Of a DNA stretch of 64,000 nt, positions 30,062 to 39,025 are shown piece by piece. The stretch's first letter is position 1. Each line of letters starts with the position of its first letter. Position numbers and translations under genes: made by a program. Under the pieces are notes generated by a model. That model saw only the letters and a list, made by a program, of their open reading frames with translations. It ran no database searches and was not told the DNA's origin. The DNA is from Candidatus Nezhaarchaeales archaeon (GTDB taxonomy: Archaea > Thermoproteota > Methanomethylicia > Nezhaarchaeales > WYZ-LMO8). The stretch lies in assembly GCA_038887515.1 (NCBI GenBank), contig JAWAKK010000001.1:160001-224000 (forward strand). The letters are read 5' to 3'.

Positions 30062-30922
30062 GTGAAAAGCAGAATAATAGAAGAGGTAGGGCTCCAACTT
30101 CTTAAGAGGGCTTCAATAACTCTTCCTAGAGACGTCAAAGTAGCTCTTCAAAAAGCTTACGAAAGTGAGATATCTAGAATGGGAAAGACCCAGCTTAAGG
30201 CTATTTTAGATAACATAGTCGTAAGCGAGAAGATGGACAGGCCCATATGCCAAGATACTGGGGTTATCTCGTTCTTCGTGAAGGGAAGAAACTTTGACTA
30301 CAAGTCTACCGAGGAAGCTCTAAGAAATGCTACAATAAAGGCAACGGTCAGTATACCGCTGAGGCCTAGCGTTGTACATCCATTAACTAGAAGGAACTCG
30401 GGAGACAACACCGGTATGCACATTCCCGGGGTAACCTTCGTATACGAAGACGTTGACTACATGGACATAGTGGTGGTCCTTAAGGGTGGAGGTTCTGAAA
30501 ACACAAGTGCGTTATACATGGTTCCTCCAGGGGAAGGCATAGAAGGGATAAAACGAGCAGTTTTAAAAGCTGTCGTTAAGGCTGGCGGTCAACCTTGCCC
30601 TCCAATAGTATTAAATATCGGTATTGGGGGGACGGTGGACTTAACTTTTAAGCTGGCAAAGATAGCAATGATAAGGCCGCTAGGGGTAAGGCACCCTGAA
30701 GGAGAGATAGCAGAGCTTGAGGAAGCACTTCTCGGCATGATTAATTCCACAGGTCTCGGACCAATGGGCCTAGGAGGCCGTTTCACAGCTTTGGACGTGA
30801 AAATAGAATATGCCTACTGCCATACAGCAAGCCTACCAGTAGCCATAAACCCTCAATGCTGGGCCGATAGAAGAGCTTCTGCTCGCATTCATCCAGACGG
30901 ATCGTGGGAAATGTTGTATTAG
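30062..30922 (+). CDS. Fumarate hydratase/tartrate dehydratase class I alpha subunit
   Basis: PICQDTG, KGGGSEN, PCPP, GIGG, G.GP.GLGG, H.ASLPV...QC. Confidence 0.92.
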   Translation: MKSRIIEEVGLQLLKRASITLPRDVKVALQKAYESEISRMGKTQLKAILDNIVVSEKMDRPICQDTGVISFFVKGRNFDYKSTEEALRNATIKATVSIPLRPSVVHPLTRRNSGDNTGMHIPGVTFVYEDVDYMDIVVVLKGGGSENTSALYMVPPGEGIEGIKRAVLKAVVKAGGQPCPPIVLNIGIGGTVDLTFKLAKIAMIRPLGVRHPEGEIAELEEALLGMINSTGLGPMGLGGRFTALDVKIEYAYCHTASLPVAINPQCWADRRASARIHPDGSWEMLY

Positions 30923-31551
30923 GAAGTGATGATGAAGTGACTGAGTATAGGCTATTAGCCCCTATAAAGGGAGACGTCAGAGGACTAAGGGTCGAGGACG
31001 TAGTGTACATATCAGGAATAGTTTACACGATGAGGGATATGGCTCATCGTAAGCTCCTCGAGCTAGCTGAAAAGAACATAGAGCCTCCGGTACAGATGGA
31101 CGGTGCGGTCATATACCACGCGGGTCCCATAGTGCGTAGATTTAATGAGGAATGGGAAGTGATCTCCCTAGGCCCTACTACCAGTAGCAGAATGTCTAGG
31201 GATGTTATTAGCTTGCTAAAATACTACCCTATACGGATGATAGTAGGGAAGGGAGGAATGGATCGAAGAGTTGTAGAAGCACTAAAGACGCGTGGAGCAG
31301 TATATTGCCATTATACTGGAGGAGCTGCAGTTCTTGCGGCAAAGTGCGTAAAGCGCGTGTTGAAAGTTGAATGGCTGGATTTAGGCGTGCCAGAAGCTTT
31401 ATGGGTCCTTGAAGTCGAGAACTTTGGTCCGCTAATAGTAACTATAGATGCTAATGGTAATAGCCTATATGAGAAGTTGAAGGTAGAAGTAAAGAGTAGA
31501 GTGAAGGAATTATTTAACGTCGACGTATATGAAGACTCAGAGGCATCATAA
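30904..31551 (+). CDS. Fumarate hydratase/tartrate dehydratase class I beta subunit
   Basis: T.RD.AH, YHAGP, GPTTS.RM, GKGG, GG.A, DLG.PEA. Confidence 0.92.
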   Translation: MGNVVLGSDDEVTEYRLLAPIKGDVRGLRVEDVVYISGIVYTMRDMAHRKLLELAEKNIEPPVQMDGAVIYHAGPIVRRFNEEWEVISLGPTTSSRMSRDVISLLKYYPIRMIVGKGGMDRRVVEALKTRGAVYCHYTGGAAVLAAKCVKRVLKVEWLDLGVPEALWVLEVENFGPLIVTIDANGNSLYEKLKVEVKSRVKELFNVDVYEDSEAS

Positions 31552-31613
31552 GCAGTCCTCAAGGTAACATCTTAAGTAAGGCTTAATCTTTTAAGGTCGC
31601 AATCTAAATTTAA

Positions 31614-32489
31614 CTACTTTGCCCTAACCTTAATTCTATAGCCGCTATGTATCTTGTGGGCTTTATCCTTAAAGGCCTCTAAAAGCTTAGCCTCTCCTCT
31701 AAGTCCCGTACAATGCCCCATATACACTTCTTCAACTCCTTCATCAAGGAGCTCATTGATGACACGGTTTATAACGATACCATCAGCACTAACTAAATGA
31801 AGACCACCAACAACTATTACACCGTGAGCCCCAACAACCTTCTTGGCTTGTCTAACAATGTTTGAAATCCCTGAATGCGAACAACCAGCCAGTACCACTG
31901 CTTTATCCCCTACCTTAATGGCAAGCCCAGTATCATCAGGCATAGGTTCCTCGATTATGTCTCCATCGACTAAAGTGTTAAAACCCTTAATGGCGTACCT
32001 ATTATCGTAAACCCTTTCTACTTCACCTAAAAACCATACATCGGGTGCTAGCCTCAAGGCCTCTTTAACTGTTATTAACTCAAAATTGGCGAGCGCTTCC
32101 CTAGTCTCTAGGGGGAGCCCAATGTTCAACCTAACAAACTCTTTAGACACATCAATACAAGGCCTAGTTATAGCAGGATGAGCTATTAATGGTTTTTCTT
32201 TGAGGGGTTCAATCAACTTGGGCAGTCCGCCAGTGTGATCGTAGTGTCTATGAGAAAGCACTATAACCTCAACGCTGCTCAAGTCAATATTTAACCTTTC
32301 AGCATTCTCAAAAAGGGCTCTCCCCGTTTGTCCGGTGTCAAAAAGTAAGTTGTAGTTTCTTTCCCCTTCGTACTTAATGGAGACTAGGGCACTAAACCCG
32401 TGCTCAGCCATGAGGCTTGTGAAGCCAGCATAATCTTCTACAAGGATTATAATCTCTAATGAATTAAGGATTAACGTCACGAAGTTCAC
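31614..32489 (-). CDS. MBL-fold metallo-hydrolase (COG1237 / MJ0301-like)
   Basis: EHGFS, LFDTG, LSHRHYDHTGG, GCSH.G..NI, GGLHL, HCTG. Confidence 0.88.
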   Translation of the reverse strand: MNFVTLILNSLEIIILVEDYAGFTSLMAEHGFSALVSIKYEGERNYNLLFDTGQTGRALFENAERLNIDLSSVEVIVLSHRHYDHTGGLPKLIEPLKEKPLIAHPAITRPCIDVSKEFVRLNIGLPLETREALANFELITVKEALRLAPDVWFLGEVERVYDNRYAIKGFNTLVDGDIIEEPMPDDTGLAIKVGDKAVVLAGCSHSGISNIVRQAKKVVGAHGVIVVGGLHLVSADGIVINRVINELLDEGVEEVYMGHCTGLRGEAKLLEAFKDKAHKIHSGYRIKVRAK

Positions 32490-32567
32490 CTACAAGACTC
32501 CTTTCAGCTAAATTATTAAGTATTGTGTATAACAGCCTTAAACAGCCGTTCCTGATCGATAACGTGA

Positions 32568-32608
32568 ATGATTTTGAGAGCTCTCTTTTTGAGAATCATA
32601 CTTAAAAG
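32568..32608 (+). promoter_or_regulatory. Operator-like inverted repeat next to a TATA-like box
   Basis: ATGATT(32568)...AATCAT(32599) enclosing the palindrome GAGAGCTCTC (32576-32585), followed by CTTAAAAG about 40 bp before the 32645 start. Confidence 0.45.
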
Positions 32609-32644
32609 CTTCGTTCAGAAGCCTCCTTTCGGGGGGACGAAGTT

Positions 32645-33136
32645 TTGAATAGGAAGGCGATGTATATAGCAATTGTCGTAGCTTTTGCATTGCTATTGGT
32701 AAGTGCTGGCGGGATGCTAACGCTGACTAGAGCTCAAAGCAATAATAGGATTTCATGGGATACGAGCGTCCAGTTCGATTTTAAAGCTAGAAAATGTTTT
32801 GGATGTAAGCTAGGCCCTCTAAGGAGCACATTTCAGATATCAGCAGAATATAACGAGACTATAAATGAAGTGTTAAGGGCTAACGATGATACGTGTAACT
32901 TACTTAATCAAGGTTATAGAGTCGTACTTATAAGACCAATAGTCAAAGCCTACGTACAAGGAGACGGTACTGTATCACTTAGGGGCCCTCAAGCCATAGT
33001 AGTCCTTAGCAACAATAGTACAGCAGCCGTATACCTCATAAACGTAGATACGAGGGAGGTAACTCATGTAGCGACTGTGAACATCAATGCCTTCAAGGAG
33101 CTTAAACAACTTTGTACTCGAGGTTTATTCCCGTAA
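32645..33136 (+). CDS. Hypothetical exported protein
   Basis: Signal peptide (MNRK, hydrophobic core, A-Q-S), CxxC, small beta-rich C-terminal domain. Confidence 0.75.
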   Translation: MNRKAMYIAIVVAFALLLVSAGGMLTLTRAQSNNRISWDTSVQFDFKARKCFGCKLGPLRSTFQISAEYNETINEVLRANDDTCNLLNQGYRVVLIRPIVKAYVQGDGTVSLRGPQAIVVLSNNSTAAVYLINVDTREVTHVATVNINAFKELKQLCTRGLFP

Positions 33137-33200
33137 GATAGTAAACGTAAATAACCATTTAACACTCCTCTATTTTTAGTCTTGACCCCCCTTTGGGCGT

Positions 33201-33680
33201 GTGCTAAAATTGAAGTTAGGATCTATATTAATTGCTAGCTCCGTTGTGTTGCTCATAGTCCTAGTCCCTCTCTACGTGTACTTAACTTACCCAAATGTGC
33301 AAGACGAAGAAGAAGCGCTCCTTGAAGGGAGTGTTACACCGGTAGCTTCCTTTAGACCTCCTAAGTTCTTAATTGGTTCAATAGTTTATGGATCTGCAAG
33401 AGAAGTGATTGATATTCATGAACCCACGATCGAACGGTTTAATAATCATTTAGTCGTCAAATTTAATGAAGTTAAGAAGTGTTTCCTACTGCTTGCACCA
33501 GCTTACAGAGAAGCGGTATCTGGCAAGGTTATGTCGGGAAGCCAAGTCGCAGGGCTAATAGTTCAAGAAGGCTCAATAGTTAAAATAGCGGTTTTTAAAA
33601 CTTCTAGGGGCTTGTTTTCAGTAGTCCTGGAGGTTCAAGTCGGCAGCGAACGTTATGTTATTGCGTCTAAGGGTAGGTAG
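33201..33680 (+). CDS. Hypothetical membrane-anchored protein
   Basis: N-terminal TM helix then a beta-rich soluble domain. Confidence 0.7.
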   Translation: MLKLKLGSILIASSVVLLIVLVPLYVYLTYPNVQDEEEALLEGSVTPVASFRPPKFLIGSIVYGSAREVIDIHEPTIERFNNHLVVKFNEVKKCFLLLAPAYREAVSGKVMSGSQVAGLIVQEGSIVKIAVFKTSRGLFSVVLEVQVGSERYVIASKGR

Positions 33681-33686
33681 ATCATC

Positions 33687-34241
33687 TTGCCAAGTCTATA
33701 CGAAACGTCGGTTCTCATTTCGGACACTATATGTTTGTCACTCTTCGGTTACATCATTTACGTTTTCTTAAAAATATACATGAAGCTTCAGGATAAAAGT
33801 TTATTGTATCTCTCATGTTCTTTCACACTTTTAGCCTTCAGCCAGTTATCATCTATTTTTTCGGTCCTCATAGAGTCCTCAAGACTTTCCTTAACTCTCT
33901 ACATCTTGACCTCGTCGTTAGCGGCAACAAGCTTCTTATTGATAGTGGTCTCGGTACTACAAGAGAAGAGGGCATTGACTGTTGTTGCCCCAATTATTGT
34001 GGCTGTACCGGACCTCATAGCATGTGCATTAGCTGCGGTTGCATCCTTTATCTGCGAGGGCAAGCAGCTCAAAGCTTACTTATTGGCCCTATCCATAGTT
34101 CATGTACTTCGTGGGCTTGGATCAGCTTTAATATACGTCGATGTAGGAATGCTCCTACCGATCGCATCCGAGATCGCAAGAGCGTTTGCAACGTTGCTCT
34201 TCGCAATCTTCCACGTTAGTAGGGTCGTGGGCCGTGAGTAA
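33687..34241 (+). CDS. Hypothetical polytopic membrane protein (about 6 TM)
   Basis: Nearly all hydrophobic with short loops; overlaps the start of the wHTH gene. Confidence 0.75.
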   Translation: MPSLYETSVLISDTICLSLFGYIIYVFLKIYMKLQDKSLLYLSCSFTLLAFSQLSSIFSVLIESSRLSLTLYILTSSLAATSFLLIVVSVLQEKRALTVVAPIIVAVPDLIACALAAVASFICEGKQLKAYLLALSIVHVLRGLGSALIYVDVGMLLPIASEIARAFATLLFAIFHVSRVVGRE

Positions 34242-34524
34242 AGCCAAGAAAAGGAGCAGGCTGCAAATAGTTATGGAGGTCCTCGAAGCGCTCAACGAAC
34301 GTAGTGCACTACATGCTACCGAGCTGTCCCTTATAGTAAGGCTCTCTTACGATCGGTTAAAGAGCATTTTGGAAGATCTGAGTAAGAAGGGTCTGTTAAC
34401 TCTTGAACAAATGAATGATGGACATAGATCGCTAACTATAAGGCTAACGGTTAAAGGAGAGACTCTATTTGAAGAGCTTAAAAAATTGAAGAAACTACTA
34501 GAAGAGTACGGTCTGCTTGACTAG
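34234..34524 (+). CDS. Winged-helix transcriptional regulator (archaeal HTH_45-like)
   Basis: KRSRLQI..EVL.AL, T.L.....LSY..L...L..L..KGL, LT.KG; probable GTG start at 34234 (track ORF begins 34186). Confidence 0.82.
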   Translation: MSKAKKRSRLQIVMEVLEALNERSALHATELSLIVRLSYDRLKSILEDLSKKGLLTLEQMNDGHRSLTIRLTVKGETLFEELKKLKKLLEEYGLLD

Positions 34525-34627
34525 GTTGAATTAAATGTAGACTGGGAGCCGACATAATTGGAATGCACGACTTTATTACTAAGTCAGTGATTTATTCATT
34601 ATCTGCAGAGTCGTGTACGAAAGATAC

Positions 34628-35455
34628 CTAAATGGTTAGTGCCTCATAACCCTTTACTACGAACGTTTCAGCTTTAGCGTTCCGCACTATTGCTATTGGC
34701 ATGAACTCTGCCGTTGTAAACGCGGCCACCTCATCATTAATGTTTAAAGCTATTAATCCGCAAGGGCCATTCACTAGATTCCCAGCTCTAATTACTGCAC
34801 TTCTTAAAGGCAGTGCATTCTCTTCGTAAAAGGTGGAAATGGCTCTACAGGGTTGAGCCATCATTATTGCCTCTCCATAACCTGTAGAGCAGGAGGCAAC
34901 TAGCTTAGAAACCCAAAAGCCAGCTCCCGGAATTGGGGTGTCGCCAACCCTTCCACGCATCTTACCTTTGATACCTCCAGTGCTAATAGCTGAAGCCAGT
35001 CTACCCATTTTATCTAAGGCTATTGCGCCCACAGTCTCACAACTTAAGTCTTTGGCCCCTCCATCAAGAGGAGGGAGCCCCTTCTTTCTGGCCAGCTCGT
35101 CAGCTCCATCACCTACCAGCAATACGTGGTTAGTTTCTTCCATGACTATTCTAGCTAGCCTTACTGCATTCCAAGTGGCCTTAACGTAAGCTACAGCCCC
35201 AGCTCTGTTCATCCACATTACCCCAGCATCGAGACTAACATTTCCAAGGGCGTCTTTACAAGAGCCGCGGCCTGCATTAAAGACCCCGCTTTCCTCCATA
35301 AATGAGACAGATTCAACAACGGCATCGAGAGATGAGCCACCGTCGTTCAGAACCTTAAAGCCTATCTCGCCGGAGATCCTTAAAACTTCTAAGGCTTTTC
35401 TTAAATCGTTAGCTTCCCATCTACCGGCCCCGCCATGCAAGACTATAGTTGGCAT
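34628..35455 (-). CDS. Isoaspartyl peptidase/L-asparaginase (Ntn hydrolase)
   Basis: HGGAG, FNAG.GS, ETVGA nucleophile, STGG, GRVGDTP..GAG, STG.GE. Confidence 0.92.
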   Translation of the reverse strand: MPTIVLHGGAGRWEANDLRKALEVLRISGEIGFKVLNDGGSSLDAVVESVSFMEESGVFNAGRGSCKDALGNVSLDAGVMWMNRAGAVAYVKATWNAVRLARIVMEETNHVLLVGDGADELARKKGLPPLDGGAKDLSCETVGAIALDKMGRLASAISTGGIKGKMRGRVGDTPIPGAGFWVSKLVASCSTGYGEAIMMAQPCRAISTFYEENALPLRSAVIRAGNLVNGPCGLIALNINDEVAAFTTAEFMPIAIVRNAKAETFVVKGYEALTI

Positions 35456-35696
35456 TTAGACCGCCGGTTTAACGACCCCTACATTGGTATGAATACCATG
35501 GAGACCTCGATAAACTTTATCCTGCTTCAAGCCTTCATAAGTTAAAGTTGTTTACAAGACACACATATCAGAGCAGTGGGATCGGTAGCCCTAAGACGAA
35601 TGCATCATGCGACACTGAGAGCCGACGTGGAGGCTCGATAATTACGCCCTAGCGGTGGATTAATAGTTCAGCTAGCATAGGCTTTAGGAGAGAACA

Positions 35697-36116
35697 ATGT
35701 ATAACAATGTTGTAGAGGCTCTTAAACGCAGGGGCTTTGATGTTGTAGGGACCTGCGAGCACAGCAATGAAGTATACCTAGGGGTTAAGATGCCAGAACT
35801 TGTATTTACCTTGAATTCGATTGAAGCCTTTGAGGCTAACTTCCCTCTTGAAACCTTCGAAGAAAAGTTCAAGCTTACGCTGGCACACTTGACGGAAGCA
35901 GATTACGATTTCTGTAGGAACGCGGGGGTTAAGCCTATAATTGCATTAAGGAAAAAAGGTTTGCTTGGCTTCATAAAACGCTTACTCAATAAACATAAGC
36001 CAATATACCTATGCCGTGACTCTGTATGGCTTCCTCAGAGTACTGAAAATCTCCTTGACTTATTGGAGACGCTAAAACATTGGTACTCGGTACGATCCCC
36101 TAAAAAGAGAACATAG
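35697..36116 (+). CDS. Hypothetical protein
   Basis: 139-aa ORF with AGGAG SD; no motif recognised. Confidence 0.6.
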   Translation: MYNNVVEALKRRGFDVVGTCEHSNEVYLGVKMPELVFTLNSIEAFEANFPLETFEEKFKLTLAHLTEADYDFCRNAGVKPIIALRKKGLLGFIKRLLNKHKPIYLCRDSVWLPQSTENLLDLLETLKHWYSVRSPKKRT

Positions 36117-36133
36117 AGTTATGGAATGAAGGT

Positions 36134-37201
36134 CTAAAAAGGAATATCTTCCTCGATAAGACCTCTTAATAGTTCTATTAAATCTTCCAAGTCCTTAATG
36201 CTTAGGACTTCTTGGAACGTATGGACGTATCTCGTCGGAACAGCTACGACTCCGCTTGGGACCCCCTCTCTCGATAGTTGTATGGCAGTCGCATCAGTAG
36301 TTCCTCCTTCTAGAACCTCAAGCTGAAATGGAATTTTCCTTTTCTCAGCTATTTCCATGACCCATTGCTTCACCTTAGGATTAGGTATGAGTCCTCCAGA
36401 TAGCGAGTCCCTGCGGCCGTCGGCAGCTACTATTACCGGTCCCTTGCCGACCTTTACTGGGGCTTCATGGACGTCTACATTCGGATGATCTCCAGCTATG
36501 GTAGTGTCGACTGCTATGCCTACTGTAGGCTTAATGGCATAACCAGCAACCGTAGCTCCTCTAAGCCCAACTTCTTCTTGTATCGTGAAAACAGCGTAAA
36601 CTTTGTTCCTAGGTTTAACGTCCTTAAGCGCTTGGACTAGGGCAGCGCAACCGGCTCTATCATCAAAAGCTTTTCCAGATACAAGACCGTTGACTAATTC
36701 CACGAAGTTTCTATCTATTGTTATAAAATCTCCTACAGCAATTCCCATCTCCTTAACTTCTTCTAAGCTCCGAGCTCCAACATCAATGAACATCTTCTCG
36801 TAAGTCAGCAGTTGCCGTCTCTCCTCGTCTTTCATCACGTGGACAGCTTTGCTTCCTATGACTCCCTTCACTCTTCCCTTACTACCATGGATTACTACTC
36901 GTTGCCCCACGAGCAATTGATCCCATATACCCCCAAGTTTAGCGAACCTTATGAAGCCCTTTTCGTCTATGCTCTTAACTATTAACGCTATCTCATCCAT
37001 GTGAGCAGCTATCATAAGTGACTTGTCGCCTGAACCCTTGTAGGCTATTAGGTTGCCCAGCTGGTCTCTAACAAATCCGTCAACGTGTCCCTTGAGTTCA
37101 TCAACTATTATGTTAGCGACTTCGTCTTCGAGACCTGGAGGACCGTGAGCTTCTGAAAGCCTCCTCAACACGTCAATTAATTCCCTCATAAGAACCACCA
37201 T
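36134..37201 (-). CDS. M42 family aminopeptidase (TET-like)
   Basis: AAHMDE, GKAFDDRAG, QEEVGLRGA, AVD, GGTTDA, RYVH. Confidence 0.95.
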   Translation of the reverse strand: MVVLMRELIDVLRRLSEAHGPPGLEDEVANIIVDELKGHVDGFVRDQLGNLIAYKGSGDKSLMIAAHMDEIALIVKSIDEKGFIRFAKLGGIWDQLLVGQRVVIHGSKGRVKGVIGSKAVHVMKDEERRQLLTYEKMFIDVGARSLEEVKEMGIAVGDFITIDRNFVELVNGLVSGKAFDDRAGCAALVQALKDVKPRNKVYAVFTIQEEVGLRGATVAGYAIKPTVGIAVDTTIAGDHPNVDVHEAPVKVGKGPVIVAADGRRDSLSGGLIPNPKVKQWVMEIAEKRKIPFQLEVLEGGTTDATAIQLSREGVPSGVVAVPTRYVHTFQEVLSIKDLEDLIELLRGLIEEDIPF

Positions 37202-37284
37202 TATAATATTATGCTTTTAATAAAAAATGTTGTGTTTAAACTTCCAGTTGGATCGATAACGACTTCTTGGGTTTAAAGTCCTTT

Positions 37285-37346
37285 CGACTCAGAGCGATGG
37301 CTCTCTATCATGCAGTCAATACGAAGGGCGCGATCATCATCGCCTA
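37285..37346 (-). ncRNA. Box C/D methylation guide sRNA
   Basis: Minus strand: ggcg ATGATGA tcgcgcccttcgta TTGA ctgc ATGATAG agagccatcgct CTGA gtcg, giving C/D'/C'/D order with 12-14 nt guides; intergenic. Confidence 0.8.
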
Positions 37347-37476
37347 GCTCGACATATTAAAGCTCTAATAACTGAAGTGCTTACACGCCTACTTAAAGTT
37401 GTCATTTAATTTTGCAAAGCCTATCTTACAATCACCACGACACAACTTCTAAAAAGTTAAATGAGATTAAGGACTA

Positions 37477-38295
37477 TTACGTAACCTTCCTTCTTTTTTC
37501 CTTGACTATGGACATGAAGGCCTTGACTTTATCGACGTCTACGGGTGCTGATAGATTTCCTCCTCTAAAGTAACTGCCAACTATTGCTGCGTCGGCTAGC
37601 CTAAATAGCGTACTTATGTTTTCTGGGTTGCAACCACTACCAATTATGATAGAAGCACTAGGTAACCTTGCTCTGACCCTTTCTACGTATGTTAAAGATG
37701 GAGGGGTGCCCGTGCTTGGACCCGTTAGGATTATTGCATCGGCAAGCCCCCTACTCAAGGCTTCTTCAGCTATAACCTCTACTGGTCTTTGGACCAAAGG
37801 TGCTCCGTGTTTTACGTGGATATCGGCAAATACCCTAACCTTTAATGCTTGGTACAAAATCTTCGCCCTTTGGACCTTGTAAGCACAAGGATCTATGATC
37901 CCTTGATCTGTAACGATAACCTCTACGTAAGCATTGGCCCTTATGAAGGCTCCTCCAACTGCCTTAGCAATAGCTATGGCTGATATGGCATCATTCCTTA
38001 GCACATTTATGCCAAGAGGGACATCAACCTCTCTTGCAACCTCTCTAGCTATAACTGCCATACAGGCTATGGTCGATGGCTCTGCATGTCCCCTTCGATA
38101 GGGCATATCCCAGAAATTCTCGATCAAGATACCGTCGATTCCTCCATCCCTTAGTGCCCTAGCATCCCTTAGGGTCTTTTCAATTATTGAATCCACTTCG
38201 CCCCCGTCGTACAGGGGGGCGCCTGGTAGAGGGGGTAAATGTATTACTCCTATAACAGCTTTTGTGGTCTTAAAGATATCTTCTATAATTTTCAC
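37477..38295 (-). CDS. BtpA/SgcQ family TIM-barrel protein
   Basis: IGVIHL.PLPG.P, ENF.D.PY, GINVL.ND, DIHVKH, TG..TG, GSG. Confidence 0.92.
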   Translation of the reverse strand: MKIIEDIFKTTKAVIGVIHLPPLPGAPLYDGGEVDSIIEKTLRDARALRDGGIDGILIENFWDMPYRRGHAEPSTIACMAVIAREVAREVDVPLGINVLRNDAISAIAIAKAVGGAFIRANAYVEVIVTDQGIIDPCAYKVQRAKILYQALKVRVFADIHVKHGAPLVQRPVEVIAEEALSRGLADAIILTGPSTGTPPSLTYVERVRARLPSASIIIGSGCNPENISTLFRLADAAIVGSYFRGGNLSAPVDVDKVKAFMSIVKEKRRKVT

Positions 38296-38403
38296 CTTTC
38301 TACAGTCCCTCCCAGTTACTTACTTTAAGTCAAAATTAATTAATTAGAAAATCTATCGAGGTAATAGTGAACGCTACAAATTTTGAGGTGGGCCTCTTAG
38401 GTT

Positions 38404-38976
38404 ATGGATAAACCTCAGGCATCGAGGTTAAGCTTTATTTCCAAAGATTATGAACTAATATCATCAGGACATACTTTGAAGAGTCTACACTCAACCGTTT
38501 ACAGAGTTGACGACCTCGTGTTAAAGATAAGGAGTTTTGATGTTAAGTCCGCTAAGGACATTAAAGAGTACCTGAAGAATTTGACAAAGAACTTTGATTT
38601 TGTGCCAGACCTGTTAGGGGTTTTGGTGGGGACTATAGAGCTCGACGGCGAGGTTAAAGTAGCCGTCGTGAGCGTTCACTCTTATGCTGAGCCATTAAGC
38701 GTACCGACTTTGAGGGATATATGGGAAATATTGGCGATAGTATTTCAAGCACAATCCAAGGGCTACACGCTAGACCTGAAGCCTTCAAACTTTGGTAAGC
38801 TTCGGGACCGAGTGGTTTACGTAGACGAGTACGGCTTAGGTAAGCCGCTTCCAAGAGATATTCTCGAAGACTTCGAGAAGTTGAAGAAGAAAATAGAACA
38901 TTACTTTAAACAAGTAGCTAGCGCTTTCTCGAACCAAGGCCTGGAGGCAACAATTTCCAATACCGACAACTTTTAA
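38404..38976 (+). CDS. Hypothetical protein with protein-kinase-like motifs
   Basis: STVYR...LVLKI (Lys), DLKPSNF (catalytic loop), VYVD.YG (metal-binding Asp). Confidence 0.55.
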   Translation: MDKPQASRLSFISKDYELISSGHTLKSLHSTVYRVDDLVLKIRSFDVKSAKDIKEYLKNLTKNFDFVPDLLGVLVGTIELDGEVKVAVVSVHSYAEPLSVPTLRDIWEILAIVFQAQSKGYTLDLKPSNFGKLRDRVVYVDEYGLGKPLPRDILEDFEKLKKKIEHYFKQVASAFSNQGLEATISNTDNF

Positions 38977-39025
38977 GAAAGCTCGTGGGCAGTACTTAGC
39001 AACTAGTCAGCTCCTTCAGCTCCCT

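Noticed and set aside
35619-35636. GAGCC...GGCTC hairpin sharing CGTGGAGGC with the complement of one guide of the 56.5 kb sRNA
   Set aside because: Only 9 guide nucleotides match and pairing breaks next to box D'; compatible with chance
37291-37306. AGAGCGATGGCTCTCT resembling the start of a fluoride riboswitch
   Set aside because: The downstream pseudoknot elements and a fluoride-related gene are absent; better explained as the antisense of a C/D sRNA guide
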